Of a stretch of DNA of 64,000 nucleotides, positions 37,426-51,107 are shown one piece after another. This stretch comes from Saccostrea echinata (lineage: Eukaryota), in contig NW_026889750.1 in the NCBI RefSeq assembly GCF_033153115.1, forward strand, positions 992,001 to 1,056,000, written 5' to 3'. Position 1 is the stretch's first letter. Every line of letters begins with the position of its first letter. The notes under the pieces are model-generated. The model was given only the letters and a program-made list of their open reading frames with translations, did not search any database and was not told the DNA's origin. Both the position numbers and the translations under genes were made by a program.

Positions 37426-40400
37426 TCAACTGCTTGTCTCTTTCTGGCTTTCATCAACTTCCGTTTTTTCAAGCAGTGGCGACATCTCTGCGTCATCGCT
37501 TTCTTTTCCACTGGTAGCCTCTTCAGATTCATCCGGGTTCTCATGTGTGTCTCCTGAGCTCAAAATGGGACTAGATTCTGAAACATAATCGTTGGGTGCA
37601 ACGTCACCGTTCTGTTTTACCGAACCGTTAGGAATAGACGCGAAACTGGAATACTTCTCGTCGGAGTCATCCAAAAGCTTGTCACCTTCCTTCGGTTCTG
37701 CCTCTTCTTCGGGGTCGTCAATAAACTTGATTTTATTCAACTGTTCATCTGGAGAACATCCAATTGTTTATTAGTGACATACGCGAGAAAAAAAATGCAA
37801 AAATATTTCGTAGTGAGAGAATAATTCCATATTAAATTTAGATTTAATAGATGGTATATGTATCTATTGTTCAGTATCACAGTTAAGAATCGTTAATTAA
37901 AAGTCCACGTCTTTAACAATCCATACTTTAGCCCAAGTTATTCAGGTTAACGAATCAAAAGAGATATTATCACAAAGAACATATAAGCTAATAAAAACTG
38001 TCTGTTGAACATTATCCAACATGACAATTTGAAAACTGAATAACGTTATGAGCAAAATTAAGATTTTGTAATTAACCAAGTCGACAGTTCATAATGCAGT
38101 AAGTACATGTACCACTTTCTTACCTATCTTTGGTGATCCTGGTTCGCCATTCTTGCGTTTGTCGGGGACGGCATACACATCTTCTGTAGAGTGCGTAGTT
38201 CCGTTGGGTTTTCCGTTATTGACCAGTGTCACCGTTTCTTTGCCGATTTCATCATAAATTCCACCATCTTTGTAATCTAAAGCTGTTGGAGCATTATCCT
38301 TAACTGGGCCTCTCTCTAAATCCTGTAGGTATATATTAGAGAATTTCCATAGTAACAGATATATCTTTCAGTTGGTTTCTTTTCATACAGAATCCCATAT
38401 CAAATGAGGATCCTGTATATTGTTTCATTTTGACATCTTTTGAAGACTATAGTTTAAAATTTGATTTAGACTTCAAATTTGAATTTCGTTATTTGCTACG
38501 TTTACGAAGGGCTTATCAGATCTAATGGTTATGATAATTAAAGCATAAAACACTTTCTATGTCTTGAAAGATTTGCATCGAGTACCAGGGGAAATAATGG
38601 GAGATAAAACCTTGTATCTTCCAATTTTGGGCTCTGTTCAAACCCAAGATCGCATGTCTTCAATTTTAAGTTAGATTAAAAATTGCGTAGGACTTTGTCT
38701 TTGTCGCCTTTGTTTTTTAAAACTTGGTATGACTTTCCATTTTAACATGTTAAACATTCCGTTAAAATGGTTTAATAGAGTTTTGATATGTTTGCAACAG
38801 GAAAAGCACCTACTCAGATGACATGACCCTTTTAAACAGAAGGTTCTTATAGATGACAGATTCGAACAAGATAAAAACATTGTTATAACTTATAGGTAAA
38901 ATATTTCAAACTGTTGCCATTCATCATGAAACGTTAATTTCCCTGACTCACTGATGTGTCAGTTACATGGTAATTATTTCAGATCCGATTTTTCTATTTG
39001 CAGATCTTGGTATGAAAATGAAAAGGTATGTAATACCTCGTTCGGGGACAAACTGCATTGGAAGTTGGATTTTCGCTATTATTTGATTAGTGCTCTGCTA
39101 TTTTGGTGCATAATTCGCTTAACTGTGGGTGGGCGATTGAAAGCTTGTCATCCATAAGTAGGCCTTATGAAAAGATCAAATACCTTTTTATGTCAAACAC
39201 TCATAACAGCTAGTATAGTACAACATAGGAGTTATTAAAGTAGTAAAAAGATTTTCTCGCAAATATCAAGTTGTCACGAGACGTATCAACAAAATATAAT
39301 TATAAACGTTTTGACCTTCATTCTAAAAAAAAGTATGATTTCCTGCCTTTTCGTCAAAATAACTTATCCTATGTAGAAAACGATAACGCCAGTATGTCCC
39401 AGTTTTCAGCATGGAGGTTCTATTCAGGACATGCAGTCCTTGCATACCATAGGCAATCAATTACAATTAACCGTGTCATTAACTGTCTAACCACATATTT
39501 ATCTGTTCATAATGATCAGATGTCTTCACAGTAAACAATATTTAACAGTCCTAAATGGCTCAGAAACTTCTACCTTGACATGAAGAGCTGGTTTAGTTTC
39601 CCTTTAATATAGAGAAAATATGCAAGAATATTAAGAGTCTTCCTCAAAACGATTGCATTCATATTAATGACACACCATTTTGATTAATTGATTACATAAA
39701 ATGTATCTCTATGTAAAAGGTGAAGAAAACGAACAGTGATCAATCTCATAAATTCATTAAACAAATTGAAACAAATCGTGAACATGGCAAAAACACGGAC
39801 CCCTGGAAACACCAGGGATGGGATCTGGTGCCTAGGAGGAGTAAACATCCCCCGTCGACAGGTCGCACCCGCTGTTAGCCCAATATGTAGGAGCACCCTG
39901 TAGTCATTTAGTGAAACAAAGACCAAACAAATCAGACAAAACACGACCCAATCTGTGTTACCTATATCGATTTACAGCCAATAATAAAAATCAGAGGATT
40001 GTAGTTTAAAATTCTAGATTTCCATATTTTCATTACACACTTACGTTTTTAACATGAAACTTTCCAGACCGCCTCTTTCTGCAATATCTGCTGACGAGAA
40101 ACCCGATGAGGAAGAAGATGACCGCAGCGCCAATCACAATAGCGACGACAATGCCCACTTTAATTCCGTCTTCTTCATCCTGTTAGAATTCATTAACAGG
40201 TTACTCGATAATAGCATCAAAGATGAGGAACTACATTCAAATACTTCAAATCCAAGATATGTTAAAGTAGGTACCTCAATTATTTCCTGGTAAAAGTTTT
40301 CAGTTTATATTTCAAAGTTATGTTAATCTCAGACAATACGACAAGTTAGTATAAAATTATCTTTTGTAATATATTTTCAAAAAAGAATTCTTAAAACTGG

Positions 40401-43400
40401 CTTTCTGCAGTTAATCATGTTATTTTCTGAAAAAAAAAAACGGAATTTATAAATGAGTTTTATCAAGCATACCACGTACAGTAAATTGCATTAACTACGA
40501 GGGCGTTATATGGGCGTGTCGATCTTACCATTTTCTCAGAACCAAGAGCACCAGGCTGCAATGGCGATTTTTCTTTGATTTCAGTTTCTGGTAGTGTAAA
40601 ATCTGAAAATAGGCGTTATCGATTAAGAACAGAATATTTTCATGATTTTTCCATCTTGATCATTATAAATTAACTACAAGTTCAATGAATTAATGCATAA
40701 AACATGCTACAGATATCAAATTGACATTAGACAGACAACAGTTTTGTAATTTGAAATTCTGTAAATAGATTCCAGCTACAAAAATCGTACCTCGAAAGTC
40801 ACAGCCTAAGTTTAATACTCCGTTTAGACGAAACCCCAATAACACAAAAATTCGAAAACACCCTATTTTATCTCTTTCTTAAGTTACAGTATCATATTCA
40901 AGATATATAAAATATTGGGGTTGGTCTCAAAAATTGACGTCTTATATTTTGATGAATTTTATACTTCAAATATAATAAACATAATACTCTAAGGATTAAA
41001 AATAGATGCACAAACTAAAGTTTTTATACTTTTAAAATTTGTTAATGACGTATTGATGGCGCAGCTTGATGCTTTTTCATTTCTAAGATTCTGCTCAAGA
41101 GTTTTGTGAATATAATTTGGTTGTTTGATCACTATTGAAAATAAACATGCCCTGCCAAACCCCCATAGCAAATATCACTCAGGAAATACACATTCATTTT
41201 GGAAGACTCTTCGATAACATTCCAAAACTAAGTTTCTTATCTCTTTAATGCTCTGGCCGCATCAGGGGGTCGTTTTAGCATCAAAAACCATGCACGTGAG
41301 TTGAGAGTTTTGGATGAAGCGGGAAATTTAAAGACAGTAAAATATTTCAGGTTATATGATTATAATGTATCGTGGTTTAAGTTAACTTCCGCTGTAACGT
41401 ATAGAAATATTTATCTTTATATTATCATCGGTAAATTACATTGTATCTCTTTGTCTTGCTTTTACATGTTTATCTTAAGACCTGATGGCGTGTCATTCAT
41501 TAAGGAAGTTGGGCGAGCCAATCCCATTTTTTGGGGGAAAATATTTAGAATTGGCATATAAAAGTTTGGACCCAGAATATGGTTGCCTTTCTTTTCCTCT
41601 TTAACTTGCAACCCCTCCCCCTTTCTGGATCCCTTTTGGGGAAATGTGATCAATATATAAATATTTACAATATTCAAAAACAATATACTCAAATAGACAC
41701 GTTTAAAATAAAGCATTAAAGGGCACCGTGCATAAACTCAACACTGTCGATTGGGCAATCAATACACATTTAAAAATTTCGAAATAGGAAATATACCAAC
41801 CTGGTACATCATATCTTTCCTTTTCATCGTCTTCTTCTATGCCTGTTTCGATAACAATTCCTTTGTCTCTGTCCAAATCTATCGTCCTTGATGTTGTTGT
41901 CTTTAATTTTGGACTCGCTGTTGTCTTTTTCGTTCTCAGGTCTATAATCTTTTCTGTTGTTCCTCTTAAATCAATGATGATACTGTCATCTTTGTCGATG
42001 AAGTAGTCCTTAGACTTTGTAGTCGTTAATGTAGTGGTAGATGTTGTTGGCACTAGTGTTGTTTGGATTTTTGTTGTTTTTGTTGTCACTGCTTGAGTTG
42101 TGCTTGTTGTCTGTGTTGTCGTTGCTTCTGTTTTAGATTCAGCTGTGCTTTGTTTGGGTTCTGGTTTGTGTGTAGGTTCTGGCTCGGGTTCTGGATCTGG
42201 TATTTCCGACTGAGTTGTAAGTATTGTTGTTGAACTTGGTTCTGGTGTTGATGATGCATGTATTGTTGTTGAACTTGGTTCAAGTGTTGATGATGTAGGT
42301 ATTATTGTTGAACTTGGTTCAGTTGTAGATATTGTAGTTGGTTCAGATGCTGATGAAGTGGTTGAACTTGGTCCTTCAGTGTTAGATATAACAATAGTAG
42401 ATGATGTATTTAAACTAGGTTCAGATGTTGACGTTACGTTTGTAGTTTCTGGGTATGTTGTACGTAATGTTTCAGATTTGGAGGTAGCATTTGATGTAAC
42501 TGTAGTTGACTCATTTGATACTAATATTGACTGTGGGGATGTGAATGTGGGTGATGATTCAAGCTCCTCAGAGGGTACACTAATATTAAATCCCCCACTT
42601 CCCTCCTCTAATGCGTCTTTCTCTAACTGAGATGTGTTGGACACTGATTCCTTGTCAATGATGACGTCATCAATAACTGTTGGTTTTAATGAGCCATGAT
42701 CTACAATCAGTTCACCATCTCCCGAAATGTCAAGAGAGTCATCAGAGGTTAAAGGAGTTTCCAATGGTTGGTCATTTTGGTTCCCTTTCCTCTTGTGAGC
42801 ACATTTTGTACTATAACTATTTAATTCACTATAATCTTTAAGTTCACATGAACCACAAACGGTATCATGTCTAAAAGTACATGATTTGATGACGAAATAA
42901 CCTTCCTTGCATGTAGAACAAGAATAGCATAGTTCACGAGTGTTTGATTCAGGGGTATATGTACCCACTGGACACTGTGCACATACGGTATCATGTAATT
43001 CATTACAAGTTCTTCTAGCATAATGCCCCGCTTTACACTGACGACAATCTTTTCGGCGGCCATGTGTCTACAAAACATTCAAAATTTTACATTACATATA
43101 TGTGGAATACTAGATGCATATGTTTGATTATACGTGTATCATCATTCAAAGTTATTAGTCCCCTACCGGTGAAACCGGAGGGGACTATAGGTTTCCTCTG
43201 AGTCTGTCCGTCCGTCTGTCCCTCTGTCTGTCTGTCAGTCTGTCCCACTTGGTTTTCCGCACTTTTTTCCTAAACGCTTGCAGATATTCAGCTGATTTTT
43301 GGTATGTGAGTGTATCTTGATGAGTAATAGATCAACTTTGCATTTCGTTCCGCTTCATGTATTTTTGACGGAAATACGGCCTTTCAATTTCTAGGGGTTT

Positions 43401-46400
43401 TCCGCAATTTTCTTCTAAACGCTTTCAGATATTGAGCTGATTTTTGATATGTGACTTTACCTTGATGAGTTATAGATCAAGTTTGCATTTCGTCCCGCTT
43501 CATTGATTTTTGACGGAATTATGGCATTTTCAATTCTTAACGGGAACCAGATTACACTTGACGGTAGGGGACTAGTATTGCTAATGCAATGCTTGTTAGT
43601 CCCCTACCGGTGAAACCGGGGGGGGGGGGGGACTATAGGTTTCCTCTGAGTCTGTCCGTCCGTCTGTCTGTCTGTCTGTCTGTCCCTCTGTCTGTCTGTC
43701 AGTCTGTCCCACTTGGTTTTCCGCACTTTTTTCCTAAACGCTAGCAGATATTGAGCTGATTTTTGGTGTGTGAGTGTATCTTGATGAGTTACAGGTCAAG
43801 TTTGCATTTCGTTCCGCTTCATTGATTTTTGACGGAATTACGGCCTTTTCAATTTTTAGGGGTTTTCCGCATTTTTCTTCTTAATGCTTTCAGATATTGA
43901 GCTGATTTTTGGTGTGTGACTTTACCTTGATTAGTTATAGATTAAGTTTGCATTTCGTCCCGCTTCATTGATTTTTGACGGAATTATGACATTTTCAATT
44001 CTTAACGGGAACCAGATTACACTTGCCGGTAGGGGACTAGTATTGCTAATGCAATACTATCAGAATGCTTGTTCAAATAAAAATATAATGCCTTAACTTT
44101 GCATGTGTTATTTACCAACGTCAAGTGACTTTTTTTTAAGAAAAAAAGTATATTAAATCACTAATGAGGTATCAAAGAAAGGGGGTGTGCTCGGTGCTTT
44201 GTTGTACACCTCATTCACTTTCACTAGATGGTAGGGAAAACTGTTTTCATATACATACATACATTTGATATATCACCATGGAGGATTTAAGGTAAAATAG
44301 TGAATGAATTTGGCCTACATTGGCCTGTATTTTTTGATGGATCAGGTGATAAGATTTGTGATGATTATTAATCTACCTGTGTTTGTATACTTGTTGATAT
44401 ACCTGTGGCTGGGGAAATACAGATAACAATCACAACTCCATGCACCATGCACCCTTAGACGTCAATGCTCAAAAGCAAATAATACTCTACCGACTGCTTA
44501 ATAAAAGTGTTTGATTAAAAGGGCAACAATCGTTAGGTCTATAATTCACAAACCGGACTCAGCCAGGAAAAAGTGGTAATGTCTGACAAATTCTCAAGGA
44601 TTTCTTTAAACTTTTTTTTTTAAATTGCGTCAGAAAATTAACGATAAGGGATAGGTCTATAGCCTTTTTTCGACGTGCACAAAAGAAGAGATAAGAAACG
44701 CATGTCATTCTATTTGGCCGAATGTACTGAATTAAGCTTACATACAGATTTAAACATTTGTAATTAAACAGTAAGTATCGTATGACTATCATGACGTAAC
44801 GAAATGTGCAAGTGTATTTTGAAGCTTGGTATATCAAATTAGAAATTAAATGGATTTATTCCAATACGGAAATTAATTAGCAATATAAAGTTCTTAGAAA
44901 ACGCCCAGAATATGTCAAAGACATTTGCTGAATTTTTGTTCTAGGTTAATTCCCGACATTGTACAACATCCTGTCTTACTCAAAGGGAGTTTAAATAAAA
45001 TGCTATCATTATATACATGTCCAGATTTCATCTGATTCATAAAACACATTTTAAACAAAGCAAGAAGTATTCAAAGAGGAAGTTGTGGGTATGTGTGTAT
45101 TCAGAATATTCAGTCTTTGACCAGGACATTGTAAAACAGAAGTGATCCACTTGGTTGGAGTAATTATGTTACAGGGAAAGGGAATTAAAAAAGCAAAAAT
45201 GTAGCAATATAACAAATAAGGAATAATTCTAAACCGATGTTTCATCTAACAATGACATTAAAGATGCAAAATCGCTTTCAAGAGATGAAGTGTCTTGTAA
45301 ATAAAATCAAATTTTTTCACTATCAAGATCTTATTTGTCCTAGCTAGAAAATCTTTTCTAAAAACGTGGGAATATAACTGATCATTAAAAGCTTGTGTTT
45401 GAATCAATAATTAAATATTTGTCCACAACGAATAATTCTTTGTTCTCATCCAGCAAATAAAGGCAACTAGTTTTTTTTATCTGTTGTTTTAATGGACCGT
45501 TTTTATCGTCCATGGTTGAGAAACCTGCAAAATCTTGTAGAAATTCAAACAATGTTCTGATCAGCTGTTCCATAGCAATCAATATTGATAAATACTTTCA
45601 TCGTTTGTGTTTACTTAAACAGCGTCTTAATAAAAATGTTAAACCGGGTCAAGTTCTATAGATGTTGCTAAGTTTACCTAAACCTGACCAGCTGTGAGTG
45701 TCTTTAAAACAGTTCAGACAGTGCATGAAAATTGAAAGCGAAGCATAATAAGCTGAATCCTTGTCTGTTTTTCATCCATCAAGCAAAACTCAAGCTTTAC
45801 CATCGGCTACTCGAGGCTCGGTAAACAATGACTGTTCTCCGGTATAGTAGCTGGGCGAGTGTGTTCGAATCGTTTTTTACAATTCTGTTTATAGCGTTTA
45901 GTTCTGCCGTGTCATAAACAGTTTAGATGTTTTGTTTAACACTGCTGCTCAGAATTTGTCTAATGAGTAAATATTTCCTCTGTAGAATTTCTTTGCTCGC
46001 ATATATGAAACGGCCGTGCGTTTTTCTTATGTACGTTAATGGGTCATTTTTGTTCTAGATTTAAAACAGATCTGTTTCTTATAATAGGTATAAAAATATT
46101 TTAATTTTATACAATATATAATTTTTAAAAATGGACAGGATAAATTAGACAGGGTAACAGTCTATATATGTTCTTTCTCTAATTAAAAAAACGTATTAAT
46201 TTATGTGTATATCCTATTCTGTATTCTGTGAGTAATAGATGAGTTCATTATACATGTACATGTATGGAAAAGGGGTAAAAAGACAGATATAGGATATTAA
46301 ATGTAGCCGATATCATTACACACACCTTAATGTTATTTATTGCACGTGAGCCCATTAAAAGCTTTTCATTTGATTGGGGAAGATGGAGGGGGTTAGACTT

Positions 46401-49400
46401 GAGGGGGCCATAGTGCTAATATTTTTGTCGGACTAAAATACCAAAAATGATATTTGCTATCCGAAAAAAAAACAACCGAAATCCTTTTTCAAAGGGGGAC
46501 GTTAAAATTCTGAACCATTATTCAAGAAATCAAGCTTCAAATTCTTACTCCCAGGGGAAGATTGGGTTCTAGGTTTTTTAACTTTTGTTCTAACTGTACA
46601 TCACATTCAATGGACCAAAATAGTGAGTGCCCCTCGTCCCCTCCCTTGGTTCCAATTGCCTTAGTTCCAACGGTCATGGCAGCATCCGCAAAAAGGAAGA
46701 GAGCAAATGGCAGCTCATTAAAATTTGATGACATTGTAAAAGATCAATCGTATCTGATGTTTCTGTTTGATTTGGAGCATCAGTAATGTTGATTTTTGCA
46801 CTTCAATCTGAAAGTTTATGATAACCAATGAAAAAGGAAAAAGGAATGTTTTATAGCCTGATGATATTGGAGAAATAATTGCTTAATCATAAAAAGTACA
46901 CGTTGCAACGGAATTAATTAAACAAATGTTGATCATTCACACAAGGAATTGACTTGTCGCTTCATAAATCACGTGACACCTAAAGAGCATCTGTAATATT
47001 GTAATATAAAATAATTGATCACTTCAGTATGTTCCAATAAAAAAGGGTTAATCTAAACCTGTAATTGAGTTCAGTTTTTACATAAAAAATAACATCTGCT
47101 TCGTTGCTGGAACTGAATTTGATAAAGCACCATCAACACGTTCACACTAGGTGACGCTAATTTTTGTAATGGAGAGGTTTAACAGTCAGCAGCCCCAGTT
47201 GTCAGTTACGGTAGCTGGGAACCAGACAAAAGATGTAAAAATGTCAATTCTTATCGAACGCCTTTAATCTTTTTCTGTCATTCGGCAGATACATGTTTTA
47301 AAGAATTTTCAGGTAAACGATATACTCTCCGCAGATTTCTCGTGTAGATTTTAAATTTCTAGAAGGTAACACGTTTAAAATAAAAATGCCATCTCTTTGC
47401 AAACCAAGGTTCATGCTTAATCGACAAACATGCACTTAGATCAGACTAATGAAAACTCACTTCGACAAGTGGGTTACATTTATTATTTTCTCGTTTCCTT
47501 GGCCAAGACAAGGTGTTTGTAAAGCAGAGAGTCAACAAAGCCCGCTTCTTGTTATACAATTGATTTGTCAACCGTTACTAGGGAAACGTAAAAATTTACA
47601 TCCAGTCACTATCTGCACTGCAAACTTATGTCCGGAAATTATCTCTTAAAAAGATCATCCCAATTTGAAAACCAACAAAATATTAAGAAAAAAAATTGTC
47701 ACTTTATCAAATAAAGTAATTGATGCCATGCACAGGAAATACAATTTGAATATTTAATTATAATTTAAACACCTCTTTCTTCGAAATGAAGAGCAGTAGT
47801 GATAATTGCCAGTGAATGTGTTACAGAATTCAAAAACGCCCTGTTTCCATTAATTTAACCCTACTAAATTATGCATGTTTTACGAGACATATTTCTCTCT
47901 CGTAACTTCTCCAATTATGAAATATTCATTTGACACGTGTCTCCGACAACAAAGAACTAACGCTAATTCCAGAATGAAAAAAGGAAATCTTCAGGGAAAA
48001 AAAAAAAGAAGCAGAGAAATCAACATTTAAGCCTGACAGGAACCTCAAGCTGTTTTGCTGCATCCATCCCTTCATGCATTAGAGAAAACGCCTAAGTCAT
48101 ATTCATAAAACATCAATTTTCAAACTATACTGCTGATTTTTGAAGAGAGTAAGAAGCTGTACTTTTCCATACTCTCAGTGATATATGTTCATACCGTGTT
48201 GGTCACCAAGAGTTCTGAAATATTCAACAGATGCACGCATCGCTTGATGTGATATTGACGACAGATATGTATACCATACTATGTTTGATGAACTATGTTT
48301 TATTTCATCAAATATTTTACTGACATCTATGGACAAATGGCCCACGGTCAATAAGCTTAGTGTTAAATTACAGAGATAGTATTATTCGTGAATTAGAACT
48401 GTAATGCAATTAGCTTGGAGCGGTGCCACGTGACTAGGGTGAAAAGACTATCAAAAGATTACATTCTTGGGAGAGTCCTTAACCGTACTGTTTCCTAAAC
48501 ACAAAGGTGCTACAGCAATAAGATGAGAACCAAACATCTGTCACGGTTAAAGTAAACGCGTCATAATTTTCATGCGATTTTATATATACTGTATACACTC
48601 AATTCATTTAAACATGTGGCAATCTGTTATATGATAAATTAAACGTTCACTTGAATTGCTTAATTCAATCAAAAGGCATTATCTGTTGAAGTTCAGGCGA
48701 GGCTTCTGTTGGCTGCACAAAACACGATGTAATTTGCCCCATTATGCTCAACTCTGTACGAGTTAATTTGTGTCTCCCCTATTTCCGACTGTCTACCTTC
48801 CCCGGGAGGGCTTTGTTGTTGTGTGTGAAAATATCTCACGTATTGATACAATCCAATGCAAGTGTAAAATTTATTGAAGATTTTGCTTACAACAAAGTAG
48901 AATTGGAAATACAAACGTGTTTTTTTTTTTAAATTTCAGCTCAAGTATTACAGTTTTGAATCTGTTTTAAAAAGTTTCCAAAGAAAAGATTCAGCAATTG
49001 CTTGTATGCACTTTTCCATAATTTCATTTTCCAGCATTCCCCCCATTTGCTGATCACTAAGCGATTTCCAATAGAAAATCTTACAAAATTAGCCACCTTT
49101 TCACGAAGTTAGCGAAAAAATGTCAGATTCTTTTCAGTGTAAAGATTTTTTTTTGCAAAGTACCAGTGATTGAACAAAATTACTTAATTGGTTGTTTTTT
49201 TATATAAACAAAAGGAATTTTAAGATTTGCTTCTTGATACAATCAATTCCTTCCTGGCCAGTGTGAGAAAGTTATGGCAAAAAATTCATACAGAAGACTA
49301 TTTAGTAGACAGTATTTATATGGAGCGGATAATAACAGATTCTGGGAAAGATTTTTTACCCTGCATGTGGTACTCACTTATGATTGTGTTTGGTATGAAT

Positions 49401-51067
49401 ACTTCTGTGGGGTTCGCAGCAAGAACCATGATAAAATCAAAGAAAAAAATAATCAAAAAAACCAATAATAACCAACAAAAATTATTGGTGTAAGTTTTTT
49501 TGTGCCAAAACCCCCCCCATATTTTCTTAAACGTAGAAAACTTACATTACTTTCTCTTTTACTTGACCAGTATTTTAGCAATTGCACCATAAATATGTGA
49601 CTAAGACAGAAAATTCATTTCCGCATATATATGTTTTATTAATGCCAATGTTAGATATTCACTCTATAACCTAGTGACAGTGCCGGATGTCGTGAGTGGA
49701 AGGGAGCTGTCTGTTCACCGCTTGTCAGGACAGTTCCTGATTCGGAGTGTCGTACGCTTTACAACAAATGATTGTCCCCTTAAAGTTAACAATTTTTAAA
49801 ATCAGGGAAAAATCACCTTTAGCTGACCTGCTTTGTAGACTGTATTTGTAAATTCTGAAAACTTTAACTCTTGAATTTCTTATATACAGCAAAATGAGTT
49901 ACACCACAAACTTATTTCAAGAAATATTATTTCGTCTTTATTGTGGTCAATACGCCCTCACACGTGTCTTTCGACCAAACACACTTCAGCCATCTTTTCA
50001 ATTCCTCTAAAATTCATTTTCTCTTTTATTGACCATTAAGTTGCTTATCACTCAGTTCTTTGTTCGTTTTTACAAAAACGGACACTATCGTTACTCCCCG
50101 TTAAAGGAAGTGGGAGACAATGTGACCTCTATTTTGCGGTTTGGTTAACTTTAATTAATTACACATTTTGGTGTTTCAATTATCATTTAGTGCTTGTCAC
50201 AGCGAATTAAGAACATGATGTCTTGACGAATGGTCGCTGAACATCTAGTATGTTCTAAAATTTAAGAAAGACTATGACCAACTTGAAGTTAAGAGATGAT
50301 ATTTGAATTCTTATGACTAATGTCGCCAACTCGTGGGCGATCATAGCATCCGGACGATCAGTACCCAAGGTTTTATGGCCACAAGGTGTTCAAACTTTAA
50401 ACCGTATATATTCATGACGGGTGCCCCCACCAATAACATTCAATGTATGTAATGATGATAAACTGATCAAACCTTGACCAAAGCAATTTTTACAATGAAT
50501 ATTTATTTTGTCGATGTTGGCCACTTGGCTTCAGGAAAAGTTTGTTAGTGTCGTAGGGGAACACGAGATAAAGTCGCATGTTAAGAACAAAAGTACCTAT
50601 TATCTTGACATATCTGTGTGACTACAATGTATTTCAAACTACACAAGAAACGTTTCTTTCCGCAGGCATGTAGTATCAGGAGGAGCTAGGGGGCCTGCCC
50701 CCTCCACTTTTTTCCCAAACATAACTTTTTACTCTTGAAAATGATCCTTGAAAAGCTGCCCCCCCCCCCCCCCCCGAAATATGATTTTGTAGTTTGGACA
50801 ATTTAATTTTTTTTTTGCTTGTCAAAGTATTTTCAGGCAAGTTGTAACCCCCCCCCCCCCAACACATACTTTCAAAAACAATACTACGTGATTGTTTTGT
50901 TTCGTTCCTGCAATAAAAATGTAGTTAATTAACTCTACACTTTGTAACCAAGATTATATTTTGTTTCCATTAACTTTATCATTTGTCAGTGCTTTTTGTA
51001 TCGATTTTCTACAAAGAAATTCAATCTAACCGCCAAATTCTAACGATAAACGACTAATCAATTATTG

Positions 51068-51107
<40 letters not shown>

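Noticed and set aside
15058-43067. Functional link between LARGE and the neighbouring mucin/proteoglycan-like receptor (enzyme-substrate cluster)
   Set aside because: Only proximity supports it. Animal gene neighbours are rarely pathway-linked, and no dystroglycan-type recognition domain is visible.
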